Positions 1 to 7,490 of a stretch of 64,000 nt of DNA are shown one piece after another. The DNA lies in the sequence record OQ031493.1; one strand, given 5' to 3'. The notes under the pieces are model-generated. The model made no database searches and was not told where the DNA came from. It saw nothing but the letters and a program-made list of their open reading frames with translations. The position numbers were made by a program, and so were the translations under genes. How positions within the stretch are numbered: position 1 is the first letter of the stretch; each line of letters starts with the position of its first letter.

Positions 1-9
1 TAATGTAAT

Positions 10-246
10 ATGTACTATGGTAATGTTTATATTATCTTTATTGGTGGTTTATTAATATTTATCCTAGGATTGGTATTTGGAGGAATACTGGGAGAAGAGA
101 ACAATAACGTATATAAACTCAAATCCCAACAATTTGAATACTGCGTTAAAAATAAACAATCAAAAAATAATGACAGTGAAAATATCCAAGTTATTAAAGT
201 ATGCGCAGAGTCTATTGTACTCCTATATCCAACTAATGAAAAATAA
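10..246 (+). CDS. small membrane-anchored hypothetical protein (78 aa)
   Basis: N-terminal hydrophobic stretch (IIFIGGLLIFILGLVFGGIL); followed by a hairpin terminator at 255-279; the true start could lie before the window. Confidence 0.55.
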   Translation: MYYGNVYIIFIGGLLIFILGLVFGGILGEENNNVYKLKSQQFEYCVKNKQSKNNDSENIQVIKVCAESIVLLYPTNEK

Positions 247-254
247 AGCATTTT

Positions 255-282
255 AGCCCTCTTAGGAGGGCTTTTATGTCGT
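255..282 (+). terminator. intrinsic terminator
   Basis: AGCCCTC-TTAG-GAGGGCT stem-loop followed by TTTATGTCG, just after the 10..246 stop. Confidence 0.75.
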
Positions 283-855
283 ATGGCTAATATGCTAGTG
301 AATAATGAATAAAATCGATTATAGAGCAAATTAGAAGGTATTAAAGGCATAAAGAAAGTCTATCTCTAGACTTATTATTTTTAATTAAAAAAATATAATC
401 TATACTGTGTCTCCTTTTAGGGAGACAGTATGTTTTAGCTAACGCTATTAGAATAATGCTAATATTATTTATTATTAGAATAAGGATATACCTTCGGTAT
501 AGTTTATTATGAAATAAAAGCCCCTACGGGGCGATCCGATTCCTCAGTTCCACATTAGGTAATATTCATGAGTAATATTTAATTACCAGTATCATTGAGT
601 AATACTGGTAATAATATACTAGATTATTAACAATATGTATTGATCATTCTGATTAAGTCAAATTAGCTAATAAACAAATCAATTATCAACGAGTGATAAC
701 TGGTATTGATTACTAGCTAAAGAGATTAATTAGGATATCTACATGAGGAGTCGCTACCCCATGTATTCTGGAGTTTCTCTTTAGCGGGAGACTTAACTCC
801 ACTTGGGAGCCGCTTTAGCGGGCGGCTCTCACTTAAACAAAAAAAAGAATTCAGA
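283..855. other. hairpin-rich non-coding island (candidate origin or structured RNA)
   Basis: No credible ORF; at least six inverted repeats; lies between two convergent terminators. Confidence 0.5.
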
Positions 856-860
856 TAAGT

Positions 861-880
861 CCCTCTCCTTTAGGAGAGGG
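861..880 (-). terminator. intrinsic terminator
   Basis: CCCTCTCC-TTTA-GGAGAGGG hairpin just downstream of the 889..1194 stop. Confidence 0.7.
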
Positions 881-888
881 GTTGTTTA

Positions 889-1194
889 TCATAGGCTTCT
901 CCTTTCGGTTACATAGAACTTCTTCTGATCCATGTCAGTGTATGTTACTATGAAATTGTCGAAGGGGTTGATGGATACGGCTAAACCTGCGTTGTTGACG
1001 TATCCTATTGTAGGGCCAGCCCAATAACCAATGAAGTTACCTCTACGATCTCGACATTGGATAACATTATCGGCTTGCGTTTTCGCAACCGACATGCTAT
1101 GGGTTGATCCATCGGGTCTCTTGAAAAAGAAACCTACTTCCTGCATTCTGTGCAGGTCAGGGCTAACATTGTTAGCGGTAACTGGAATTAACAT
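889..1194 (-). CDS. hypothetical protein (101 aa)
   Basis: ORF with GAGGA upstream of the ATG, bounded by hairpins on both sides. Confidence 0.65.
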   Translation of the reverse strand: MLIPVTANNVSPDLHRMQEVGFFFKRPDGSTHSMSVAKTQADNVIQCRDRRGNFIGYWAGPTIGYVNNAGLAVSINPFDNFIVTYTDMDQKKFYVTERRSL

Positions 1195-1262
1195 GATTGT
1201 TCCTCTTGTTAATCCAAGCCCACTTGGGCGAAAATGTTGAGTATTTTTTACTCAACGGCATA

Positions 1263-1290
1263 TAGCCCTACTGTTACAGCAGTAGGGCTA
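1263..1290. terminator. hairpin, probable terminator
   Basis: 11-bp stem TAGCCCTACTG/CAGTAGGGCTA. Confidence 0.55.
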
Positions 1291-1324
1291 ATTCTTTTAT
1301 TCTTAAAAGTTTAACTGAATAAAT

Positions 1325-1355
1325 GCCCTCTCCCGAAGGAGAGGGCTTATGTCGT
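1325..1355. terminator. intrinsic terminator (probably bidirectional)
   Basis: GCCCTCTCC-CGAA-GGAGAGGGC; TTATGTCGT tail on the + strand, TTTATT a few nt out on the - strand. Confidence 0.7.
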
Positions 1356-1359
1356 TAAT

Positions 1360-1635
1360 TTATTTAACCAGCGATGTTTCCCTAACACGAGAGATGCATA
1401 AATAATTACTGTAATCGCTGGGGTCGTACTCATCATACCCTAGACAACTTGTATGAATATATTCAGTACTGATATTAATCATATCAAGAGTAATACCATC
1501 ACCCCATTTCTTAGTTGCCATCTCGATAATATCGGCGATAGTATTGGCTACATAACAATCACCCAAGATATAAAAGGTATCTTCGGTATCATCCGGACGA
1601 AAATGACGAATACCATTCTGTGTATATTCACCCAT
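1360..1635 (-). CDS. hypothetical protein (91 aa)
   Basis: ORF with GAGG SD embedded in the end of the upstream small ORF. Confidence 0.7.
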   Translation of the reverse strand: MGEYTQNGIRHFRPDDTEDTFYILGDCYVANTIADIIEMATKKWGDGITLDMINISTEYIHTSCLGYDEYDPSDYSNYLCISRVRETSLVK

Positions 1636-1636
1636 G

Positions 1637-1780
1637 TTAATTATCCTCTTTTCCTTCTTGAGTATGATGAGTGGGCTCTACCCAGTAAAAATCAATAAAC
1701 AGATCAACTGGTTTACAGCCAACCATCTCGCTGTCATCGGCCCATTTACTTTCATCTACGATAATTTCTTCATTAGTCAT
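1637..1780 (-). CDS. small acidic hypothetical protein (47 aa; below the ORF-track cutoff)
   Basis: GGAGAAATACAA-ATG; reads MTNEEIIVDESKWADDSEMVGCKPVDLFIDFYWVEPTHHTQEGKEDN*; fills the operon gap. Confidence 0.6.
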   Translation of the reverse strand: MTNEEIIVDESKWADDSEMVGCKPVDLFIDFYWVEPTHHTQEGKEDN

Positions 1781-1819
1781 TTGTATTTCTCCTTATTTAC
1801 TATAGTAAATATTGTTTAG

Positions 1820-2032
1820 TTACATAGTCCAATTAGTGGCTTCATCAACCATATCAGCTGCTTCTTTATCAGAAGCATTCCAGAGTTTATCAGCCCATTC
1901 TTTATCCATTTCATTTTGGATATTTTCAAGACGCATGTAATTATGCCATGCCTGACCCAGTCGAAGATTCTTATTATTTTTGTAATAAATTCCAAACTCA
2001 CCACGAACTGATGCAGGAATTGAAATAGTCAC
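1820..2032 (-). CDS. hypothetical protein (70 aa)
   Basis: GTG start overlaps the upstream TGA (GTGA); AAGGAG SD. Confidence 0.65.
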   Translation of the reverse strand: MTISIPASVRGEFGIYYKNNKNLRLGQAWHNYMRLENIQNEMDKEWADKLWNASDKEAADMVDEATNWTM

Positions 2033-2190
2033 TTTATAATCTCCTTAGTTACTATCTGACGTGCTTCTTTATAAGAAATATTCGGATTATCATTGATGTA
2101 TTTAAGAACTTTCTGATGTATAATGTTCTCTCGCTCAGTTAGTTCTTTTACTACTCTTTTAAAATAACCTGGTGATCGTTTCATAGTCAT
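2029..2190 (-). CDS. small basic protein (53 aa), possible HTH-like
   Basis: ATGA overlap with the 2187..2474 stop; reads MTMKRSPGYFKRVVKELTERENIIHQKVLKYINDNPNISYKEARQIVTKEIIK*. Confidence 0.6.
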   Translation of the reverse strand: MTMKRSPGYFKRVVKELTERENIIHQKVLKYINDNPNISYKEARQIVTKEIIK

Positions 2191-2474
2191 GGTTCTTCGA
2201 TTAACAAGTTATTTGCCTCGAAAAAGAATGGGGCTGACCAGCTATAATCTGGTTCATTTACCAGTTTTACACTGTTCTTGGTTTTGATAATCTTGCGATC
2301 ATACCGCCAGTTTTGTGGTCCATGTTTAGGAATAGTGTAGTATTCACCATCGGGTAGATTAGTGGCTTTTTCCCATCCGAGTTCTTTAATACTAAACTTT
2401 TTATCAGTTGTCATTTTCTTTATTTCCTTGCTGTCATGAAACCACCCGGTGGCCGTATCAAGCTGCGTCCCCAT
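2187..2474 (-). CDS. hypothetical protein, paralog of 2770..3033
   Basis: NLPDGEYYTIPKHGPQNWRYDRKI aligns by eye with NLPNGIYVTSPLHGPRVYSHDRRV. Confidence 0.75.
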   Translation of the reverse strand: MGTQLDTATGWFHDSKEIKKMTTDKKFSIKELGWEKATNLPDGEYYTIPKHGPQNWRYDRKIIKTKNSVKLVNEPDYSWSAPFFFEANNLLIEEP

Positions 2475-2477
2475 GGT

Positions 2478-2762
2478 TTATACTGCACGTGGGATCACTG
2501 ATATCTCAAGAGTCAGATCAGCCGCGTCCAGTAGGTTTACCAGGGCGTCCAGAGAGAACTTGTCAATCTTGCCTTTGAGAAGATCATTCAATCTCGGTTG
2601 CGTAACATGTAGGCGAGCAGCAGCGTCTTTTTGCGGAAGATCCCAGCCCTTTATAGTACGGGTGAGAGCCCGCATGAGTTGGGAACGGATACGTAGGTTT
2701 TCAGTTTCTTTTGTCGAGTCAACTAGTGTATCCCAGACACCGGGAGTGCATTCGTTTGCCAT
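2478..2762 (-). CDS. XRE-family helix-turn-helix protein (HigA-like antitoxin/regulator)
   Basis: QKDAAARLHVTQPRLNDLLKGKIDKFSLDALVNLL is a typical XRE HTH of bacterial antitoxin-type regulators; about 50% GC by hand count. Confidence 0.85.
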   Translation of the reverse strand: MANECTPGVWDTLVDSTKETENLRIRSQLMRALTRTIKGWDLPQKDAAARLHVTQPRLNDLLKGKIDKFSLDALVNLLDAADLTLEISVIPRAV

Positions 2763-2769
2763 TTATTTA

Positions 2770-3033
2770 TTACCTCTTGAGGTAAATGCTCGGATAATAA
2801 ACTACATTATATTTAAAGAAATCACTTACCTTGAATTTTATGTTCGGTGCAGTGATTAGATAACAATAATCACCATCAACCATAACGCGTCGATCATGGC
2901 TATATACCCTAGGACCATGTAACGGAGAAGTTACATAAATCCCATTGGGAAGATTCCGTAAATCGTCTTTATTCAGAAACTTACCATTAGGATTTATAGT
3001 TAATGGATAACAACCAGGATTAAGTTTATGCAT
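2770..3033 (-). CDS. hypothetical protein, paralog of 2187..2474
   Basis: Shared NLP.G.Y..P.HGP...DR motif; GAGGTG SD. Confidence 0.75.
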   Translation of the reverse strand: MHKLNPGCYPLTINPNGKFLNKDDLRNLPNGIYVTSPLHGPRVYSHDRRVMVDGDYCYLITAPNIKFKVSDFFKYNVVYYPSIYLKR

Positions 3034-3049
3034 ATTTCACCTCTTTTAT

Positions 3050-3080
3050 AAACCACCCTTATATAGGGTGGTTTTTTTTT
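3050..3080. terminator. intrinsic terminator
   Basis: AAACCACCCT-TATAT-AGGGTGGTTT with T/A runs on both sides. Confidence 0.7.
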
Positions 3081-3356
3081 CTATTGACCAATATACGTGC
3101 TGGTGTATAATTCAATGGTTGGTTTATGAATGGTCAGATTATATTTCTTAGCTAAATCATCAATATCCCTGGAACAATCAATGAATTTGCCAGTCTCTCG
3201 GTAGCGCATCACCCATGAACCCCGAAATGGTGCATCATCTAATGGATTAATACCATATTCACGACATACCACAATTGCTTCATGTCGTGGAGTAGCACCA
3301 GTAGTGACAAAGTGATTTTCATAAACTGGGATCATTGATACATCTTTATTGCTCAT
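3081..3356 (-). CDS. hypothetical protein, paralog of 4350..4601
   Basis: REYGINP...P.RG.WV.R...TG.FID motif; start moved to MSNKD (GAGAGG SD). Confidence 0.75.
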   Translation of the reverse strand: MSNKDVSMIPVYENHFVTTGATPRHEAIVVCREYGINPLDDAPFRGSWVMRYRETGKFIDCSRDIDDLAKKYNLTIHKPTIELYTSTYIGQ

Positions 3357-3397
3357 AATAACCTCTCTAAAATTACCTGAAGGGATATGCATGATAT

Positions 3398-3895
3398 TTA
3401 TTTTTGTTTTTGACTGATCATGGAGGCATTGGTGAAGTAATATAACGCATGTTTCCAATCTTGAGGGTCATATGTGCACTTATGAGCAACCACATAATCA
3501 CCATCAATTTTTTTGAACAAGTTTACCATGATCACCTCATCCATATCAGTCCCGTTATGCACAGTTTGATAATTCAGTCTCACCAACATGTCATCTACAT
3601 TGGTTTTCAACTGGAGACCATCTTTGAAGAAATCACGAACACCATCCATGATTTGTTCATTGCGAGACAGGATGTTTTCAGAGATCTGTTCGAACATACC
3701 CCTTGCACCGATCAAACGTAATTGATCGTAATTGGGTTCACCCATGCAGATGGCCTCATCATCACGATTACACATCTTCTCCAGCAGAACGATAGGGTTA
3801 TAATCCCAAGCAACCCCACCAGTTACAACAGAGGTCAAATAGCCATAGAGACTGAGTTCACTGTCACGCTCATTTGCAGGAATCATGCGGTTCAT
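3398..3895 (-). CDS. hypothetical protein (about 165 aa)
   Basis: Start moved to MNRMIP (GAGGA SD); ORF track begins at 3937. Confidence 0.7.
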   Translation of the reverse strand: MNRMIPANERDSELSLYGYLTSVVTGGVAWDYNPIVLLEKMCNRDDEAICMGEPNYDQLRLIGARGMFEQISENILSRNEQIMDGVRDFFKDGLQLKTNVDDMLVRLNYQTVHNGTDMDEVIMVNLFKKIDGDYVVAHKCTYDPQDWKHALYYFTNASMISQKQK

Positions 3896-3930
3896 AATTA
3901 ACGATCCTCGTATTGGTGTTGCAGCATAGC

Positions 3931-4314
3931 TCAGCAAGTCTCTTGAGCTTTCTCAAAACTAGCCATCGAGCGGGTGCGCGCACGCTGTAGAATAGACAAG
4001 CCGTATTTTTTGAACTTCTTCTTGTGGATGAAACCAAGGCGTTCGTAGATGAAGTCTTTACGGTCGGCGCGAGGTTTACCATCAGCTACGATACCACGGT
4101 CGAAAAGAGCCCAGAACAGAGCGCTTTCATCATGCAGGTAGTTGGCCATTTCCTGAGGCCACTGAACTGCGCATAGAGCAACGATTTGTTCAAGTAAACC
4201 ACTATCTGAGATGGCATAGTACTCACGACCCTGAACATAGTTCATTTTGTCGAAGTTGCACATAGCCAGTCTGCCAGTACCCTGGTTGATTTTCTTTTGA
4301 ATGTGTTCGTTCAT
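3931..4314 (-). CDS. hypothetical protein (127 aa), GC-elevated
   Basis: ORF with AATAGGT leader; about 48% GC by hand count. Confidence 0.7.
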   Translation of the reverse strand: MNEHIQKKINQGTGRLAMCNFDKMNYVQGREYYAISDSGLLEQIVALCAVQWPQEMANYLHDESALFWALFDRGIVADGKPRADRKDFIYERLGFIHKKKFKKYGLSILQRARTRSMASFEKAQETC

Positions 4315-4349
4315 GGTTTGACCTATTTTCAGATTTGGATTAATTATAG

Positions 4350-4601
4350 CTAGACGAAGGTATTGCGTTCGAATTGGATGGAATTACGTTCAACAATATC
4401 GTTGAGGTATTTATCATTGTCGATAAATTCCCCAGTGAGCATGTTACGCAGAACCCAGTTCCCCCGAAGTGGTATACCGCTGTTAGGGTTGATCCCGTAT
4501 TCACGCATCAAAATCCGACGATTGTGGTCAACACCTGGCTCCATGTAAGATTCACTGATAAAACATTCCACCATGTTGATAACTTCTTTAGATTCGCTCA
4601 T
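4350..4601 (-). CDS. hypothetical protein, paralog of 3081..3356
   Basis: REYGINPNSGIPLRGNWVLRNMLTGEFID; AAGGAA SD. Confidence 0.75.
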   Translation of the reverse strand: MSESKEVINMVECFISESYMEPGVDHNRRILMREYGINPNSGIPLRGNWVLRNMLTGEFIDNDKYLNDIVERNSIQFERNTFV

Positions 4602-4672
4602 TGACTTATTCCTTCTTTTGCAGGTATTATGTAATACGATAATGGATTATGGCTTTAACCATCAGATCCTTT

Positions 4673-5095
4673 TCACGCAGTTGGTTTGAATGGATTTGCA
4701 CTACGACTACGTTTTTGATATGAAATTAGTGCACCCCATACATTATCGGCTGATACATATTCAGGCATAGCTTTTTCATCATTGTAACTGACACGGTATG
4801 CCTTAGCCACACCTGTGCTATCTACAATGTGAACTTTTTCAATGACAAATGCTTTTCCAGAAGGCCCAGGGATATGTAATCCTCTTTTAAAAAGTTCTTC
4901 AAGAATGCGTTCTAATGCAATTTTAGCATTAGAGTAATCATTATCAAGTGACTTAATACCACCTTTAATTTTATTATCTAGGTCACTGAGTGCCTTTTTA
5001 AAAACACTAACATCATGATCAAAACATTCGAGAGTGTGATCGAAGTTTTGCATGAGCGCTATTAGTAGACCATTAGGAAATACTACTTTTGACAT
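4673..5095 (-). CDS. hypothetical protein (140 aa)
   Basis: TAGGTGA SD; operon-packed. Confidence 0.7.
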   Translation of the reverse strand: MSKVVFPNGLLIALMQNFDHTLECFDHDVSVFKKALSDLDNKIKGGIKSLDNDYSNAKIALERILEELFKRGLHIPGPSGKAFVIEKVHIVDSTGVAKAYRVSYNDEKAMPEYVSADNVWGALISYQKRSRSANPFKPTA

Positions 5096-5105
5096 ATATC
5101 ACCTA

Positions 5106-5462
5106 TTAGTAAACAGTTGGGAACGTTTGTAGGAACCAATCATTAATACGTGTATTAACACTAGCCCCGTGTTCAGGCGCTACTTTAAAACCAGCGACGA
5201 TGTCCTGTAACTCTTCAGTGAGTTTGTTGTGTACTTTACCTTCACAATCGATAAAGTCTTCTGCGGTTGGCATAACCTCAGCACGAATAACAGAGGCACG
5301 CTTAGAAAGCATTGTAAGAATTTCATTAGACACTGAAGCAGCATTACGCAACTTATTGATTTTTACATCAATAACAGTTTTATGATAGATTTTACCAACT
5401 GCACACATTGTAACTGAACCAACAAAAATACCAAGACAGAGTGATACTTTATCAATATTCAT
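5106..5462 (-). CDS. N-terminally membrane-anchored hypothetical protein
   Basis: Hydrophobic SLCLGIFVGSVTMCAVG followed by basic residues. Confidence 0.7.
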   Translation of the reverse strand: MNIDKVSLCLGIFVGSVTMCAVGKIYHKTVIDVKINKLRNAASVSNEILTMLSKRASVIRAEVMPTAEDFIDCEGKVHNKLTEELQDIVAGFKVAPEHGASVNTRINDWFLQTFPTVY

Positions 5463-5523
5463 TTTGTATACCTATTTACGTTTATTGAAGTGATTAAAAA
5501 ATAATACGATGTAGAAAATAAAA

Positions 5524-5541
5524 GGGAGTCCGAAGACTCCC
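5524..5541 (-). terminator. intrinsic terminator
   Basis: On the - strand GGGAGTC-TTCG-GACTCCC followed by TTTTATTTT. Confidence 0.75.
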
Positions 5542-5549
5542 ATTATCAG

Positions 5550-5990
5550 TTACACATCTGACACATCATCGAACAGATCAAGTTGTTTCCGATTACGTCG
5601 TTCTTCTTCTTCGATACGACGATTCTCTTCTTCAATCTCTTTCTGCCGTTTGACAAGCCTCCTGTGCAGACTCATTTGCCATGCAGTATCATAACGGCAT
5701 CGCACTGATTCAATATATTTAAGCCCTACTTCATTAATGCTCTCAAGAAGATCCAGTGACACAAGTGTCTCCTTGGATGCATTAATGCTAGCCTTAAGAT
5801 AATGGGCCATTGCTGTTGCTGGATGGAACGGTAGTTTATCGACATCCATGGTCTTTTGATAAGCTTTCAGTTTATGGATAATAATTCGTCCATAATAGAA
5901 TTCATAGAGTTTTTCTCTAGAATCCCAAGCAAGCTTACCGAGTACGGCTCCACTTACCATCCCTAATGTAAGAGATAGCTTAGAGTTCAT
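5550..5990 (-). CDS. N-terminally membrane-anchored coiled-coil protein
   Basis: Start moved to MNSKLSLTLGMVSGAVLGKLAW; charged E/R-rich C-terminus. Confidence 0.7.
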   Translation of the reverse strand: MNSKLSLTLGMVSGAVLGKLAWDSREKLYEFYYGRIIIHKLKAYQKTMDVDKLPFHPATAMAHYLKASINASKETLVSLDLLESINEVGLKYIESVRCRYDTAWQMSLHRRLVKRQKEIEEENRRIEEEERRNRKQLDLFDDVSDV

Positions 5991-6297
5991 TGTTAATTGC
6001 ATCCTTAATCCAGTTACGGATTTTTGATTTAATTCGATGTTTATCACTGATGGTGTTAAACATATCCAATCCATCATTAATAACGTATATAAGCTCTACT
6101 TCAATAAAGTCCGTCATTACTTCCACGGTGGTATTATCTGAATTAGATTTGATATAATCGGAATAGTCCTTTACTTTTTCACGGATATTCTTTTCTAATT
6201 TAATCTCATTATAAACAGTCACACTGACTTCGAACACATAGATGGTACCAGCCAGCATGAGACCAGTTTTTACAACATTACCGATAATGGAAAGCAT
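5980..6297 (-). CDS. N-terminally membrane-anchored hypothetical protein
   Basis: IIGNVVKTGLMLAGTIYVF; TAGGA SD. Confidence 0.7.
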   Translation of the reverse strand: MLSIIGNVVKTGLMLAGTIYVFEVSVTVYNEIKLEKNIREKVKDYSDYIKSNSDNTTVEVMTDFIEVELIYVINDGLDMFNTISDKHRIKSKIRNWIKDAINNEL

Positions 6298-6342
6298 GAT
6301 AATATCCTATTAGTTAATGAATGTAGATTTATTTTGATTATA

Positions 6343-6504
6343 TTAAAACTTGATATTTAGAACACGTTTAGCTATTATAATACCAACATATACTCCTAGT
6401 GCTATCTCCGCATATTTGGTGATGACGTTTTTAATCTTCTTATGTTTAGGTGCCTCGGGCACATCCGCGATAAGTTTTTGAAGTTTAACTTTATCAATAT
6501 TCAT
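6343..6504 (-). CDS. small protein with C-terminal TM helix (53 aa)
   Basis: Start moved to MNIDKVK (AAGGAA SD); IALGVYVGIIIA. Confidence 0.6.
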   Translation of the reverse strand: MNIDKVKLQKLIADVPEAPKHKKIKNVITKYAEIALGVYVGIIIAKRVLNIKF

Positions 6505-6586
6505 TTGTATTTTCCTTTTTACGATTAATTGAAGGTTTAACAAACTCATTCAAATATAATTTTATTATCGTAATTATATTTGAATG

Positions 6587-6603
6587 GGGCCTCAGTGAGG
6601 CCC
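6587..6603. terminator. hairpin, possible terminator
   Basis: GGGCCTC-AGT-GAGGCCC after the 6613..6951 stop. Confidence 0.5.
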
Positions 6604-6612
6604 TATCCATTT

Positions 6613-6951
6613 TTACATCTTACGAACTGTATCGAATACTTGATTCGTATAGTCATCGCCATAAATGATCGACAGCTTATTACGAATTACATCCAGTCGA
6701 TGTTTTTCAATATTGCTCTCAGCAACAGCACTATCCATTGTCTCAGTCATTGCAGCATTGACGAACATCATGAACTCATCTGATTCACCATACTCTTTTG
6801 AAATACTTTTAAACTGATCCCTGAAACCCATGAGTTTGTCAAAGTTGGCTTTAGTCTCTTTAGCCTTCTTGTAGATAACATACCCAGTTCCAGCCAGTGA
6901 TGCAGTGGCCAGAAGAAAAGATACACCTTTTGCAATCGTATTGAATTTCAT
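6613..6951 (-). CDS. N-terminally membrane-anchored hypothetical protein
   Basis: GVSFLLATASLAGTGYVIY followed by KKAK. Confidence 0.75.
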   Translation of the reverse strand: MKFNTIAKGVSFLLATASLAGTGYVIYKKAKETKANFDKLMGFRDQFKSISKEYGESDEFMMFVNAAMTETMDSAVAESNIEKHRLDVIRNKLSIIYGDDYTNQVFDTVRKM

Positions 6952-6985
6952 AATAAATATTCCTATTTACTAATATTAAAACTAT

Positions 6986-7432
6986 TTAATAGTTTCTGAA
7001 ATGTTCACAAGTCGTTACTTCTTTCAGTCGTTTGATGATGTAATCTCGACTTTTATTGAATTGAAGTTTCTTTGCGTCATCCAGTTCATCCCATTGTGTA
7101 ATTCTGGCCAGTTCAGGAACATTGTCATATTTTGCTTTGTTAAGTTTTTTAATCATGTCCCATACATAGCAACCTTCGATAAACCACAAAAGACTCGTGT
7201 ATGTATCCTTGTCAATTAAATTTACTCCATAAAGACTAAGGTCAACCTTGGCTTCTTCTGCCATTTTAATGGTTTTCTTATAATTATCAAATACATTGTG
7301 GAGGTTATGCTCTTCGCCACTGCTATCACAGTTTTCAATAGCTTTCATCAACTCCGGAAATGTATCACTATAGAACTTGATCAATTTACGAGTAATCGCC
7401 TCTTGCACTTTCTGCTTTTTAGTCTTTGCCAT
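6986..7432 (-). CDS. hypothetical protein (148 aa)
   Basis: TAGGTGG SD; first gene after the 7491-7510 promoter motif. Confidence 0.75.
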   Translation of the reverse strand: MAKTKKQKVQEAITRKLIKFYSDTFPELMKAIENCDSSGEEHNLHNVFDNYKKTIKMAEEAKVDLSLYGVNLIDKDTYTSLLWFIEGCYVWDMIKKLNKAKYDNVPELARITQWDELDDAKKLQFNKSRDYIIKRLKEVTTCEHFRNY

Positions 7433-7490
7433 TTTATTTCCACCTATTTACATTAAGTTGTATGATAATGTTTACAGTATTGTCACAAAT

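Noticed and set aside
27-350. 107-aa minus-strand ORF
   Set aside because: Antisense to 10..246 and runs through its terminator; no SD.
283-855. tRNA, CRISPR array or rRNA in the non-coding island or elsewhere
   Set aside because: No cloverleaf with a TTCGA T-loop, no regularly spaced direct repeats and no rRNA signatures were seen by eye; tRNAscan and CRISPR finders were not run.
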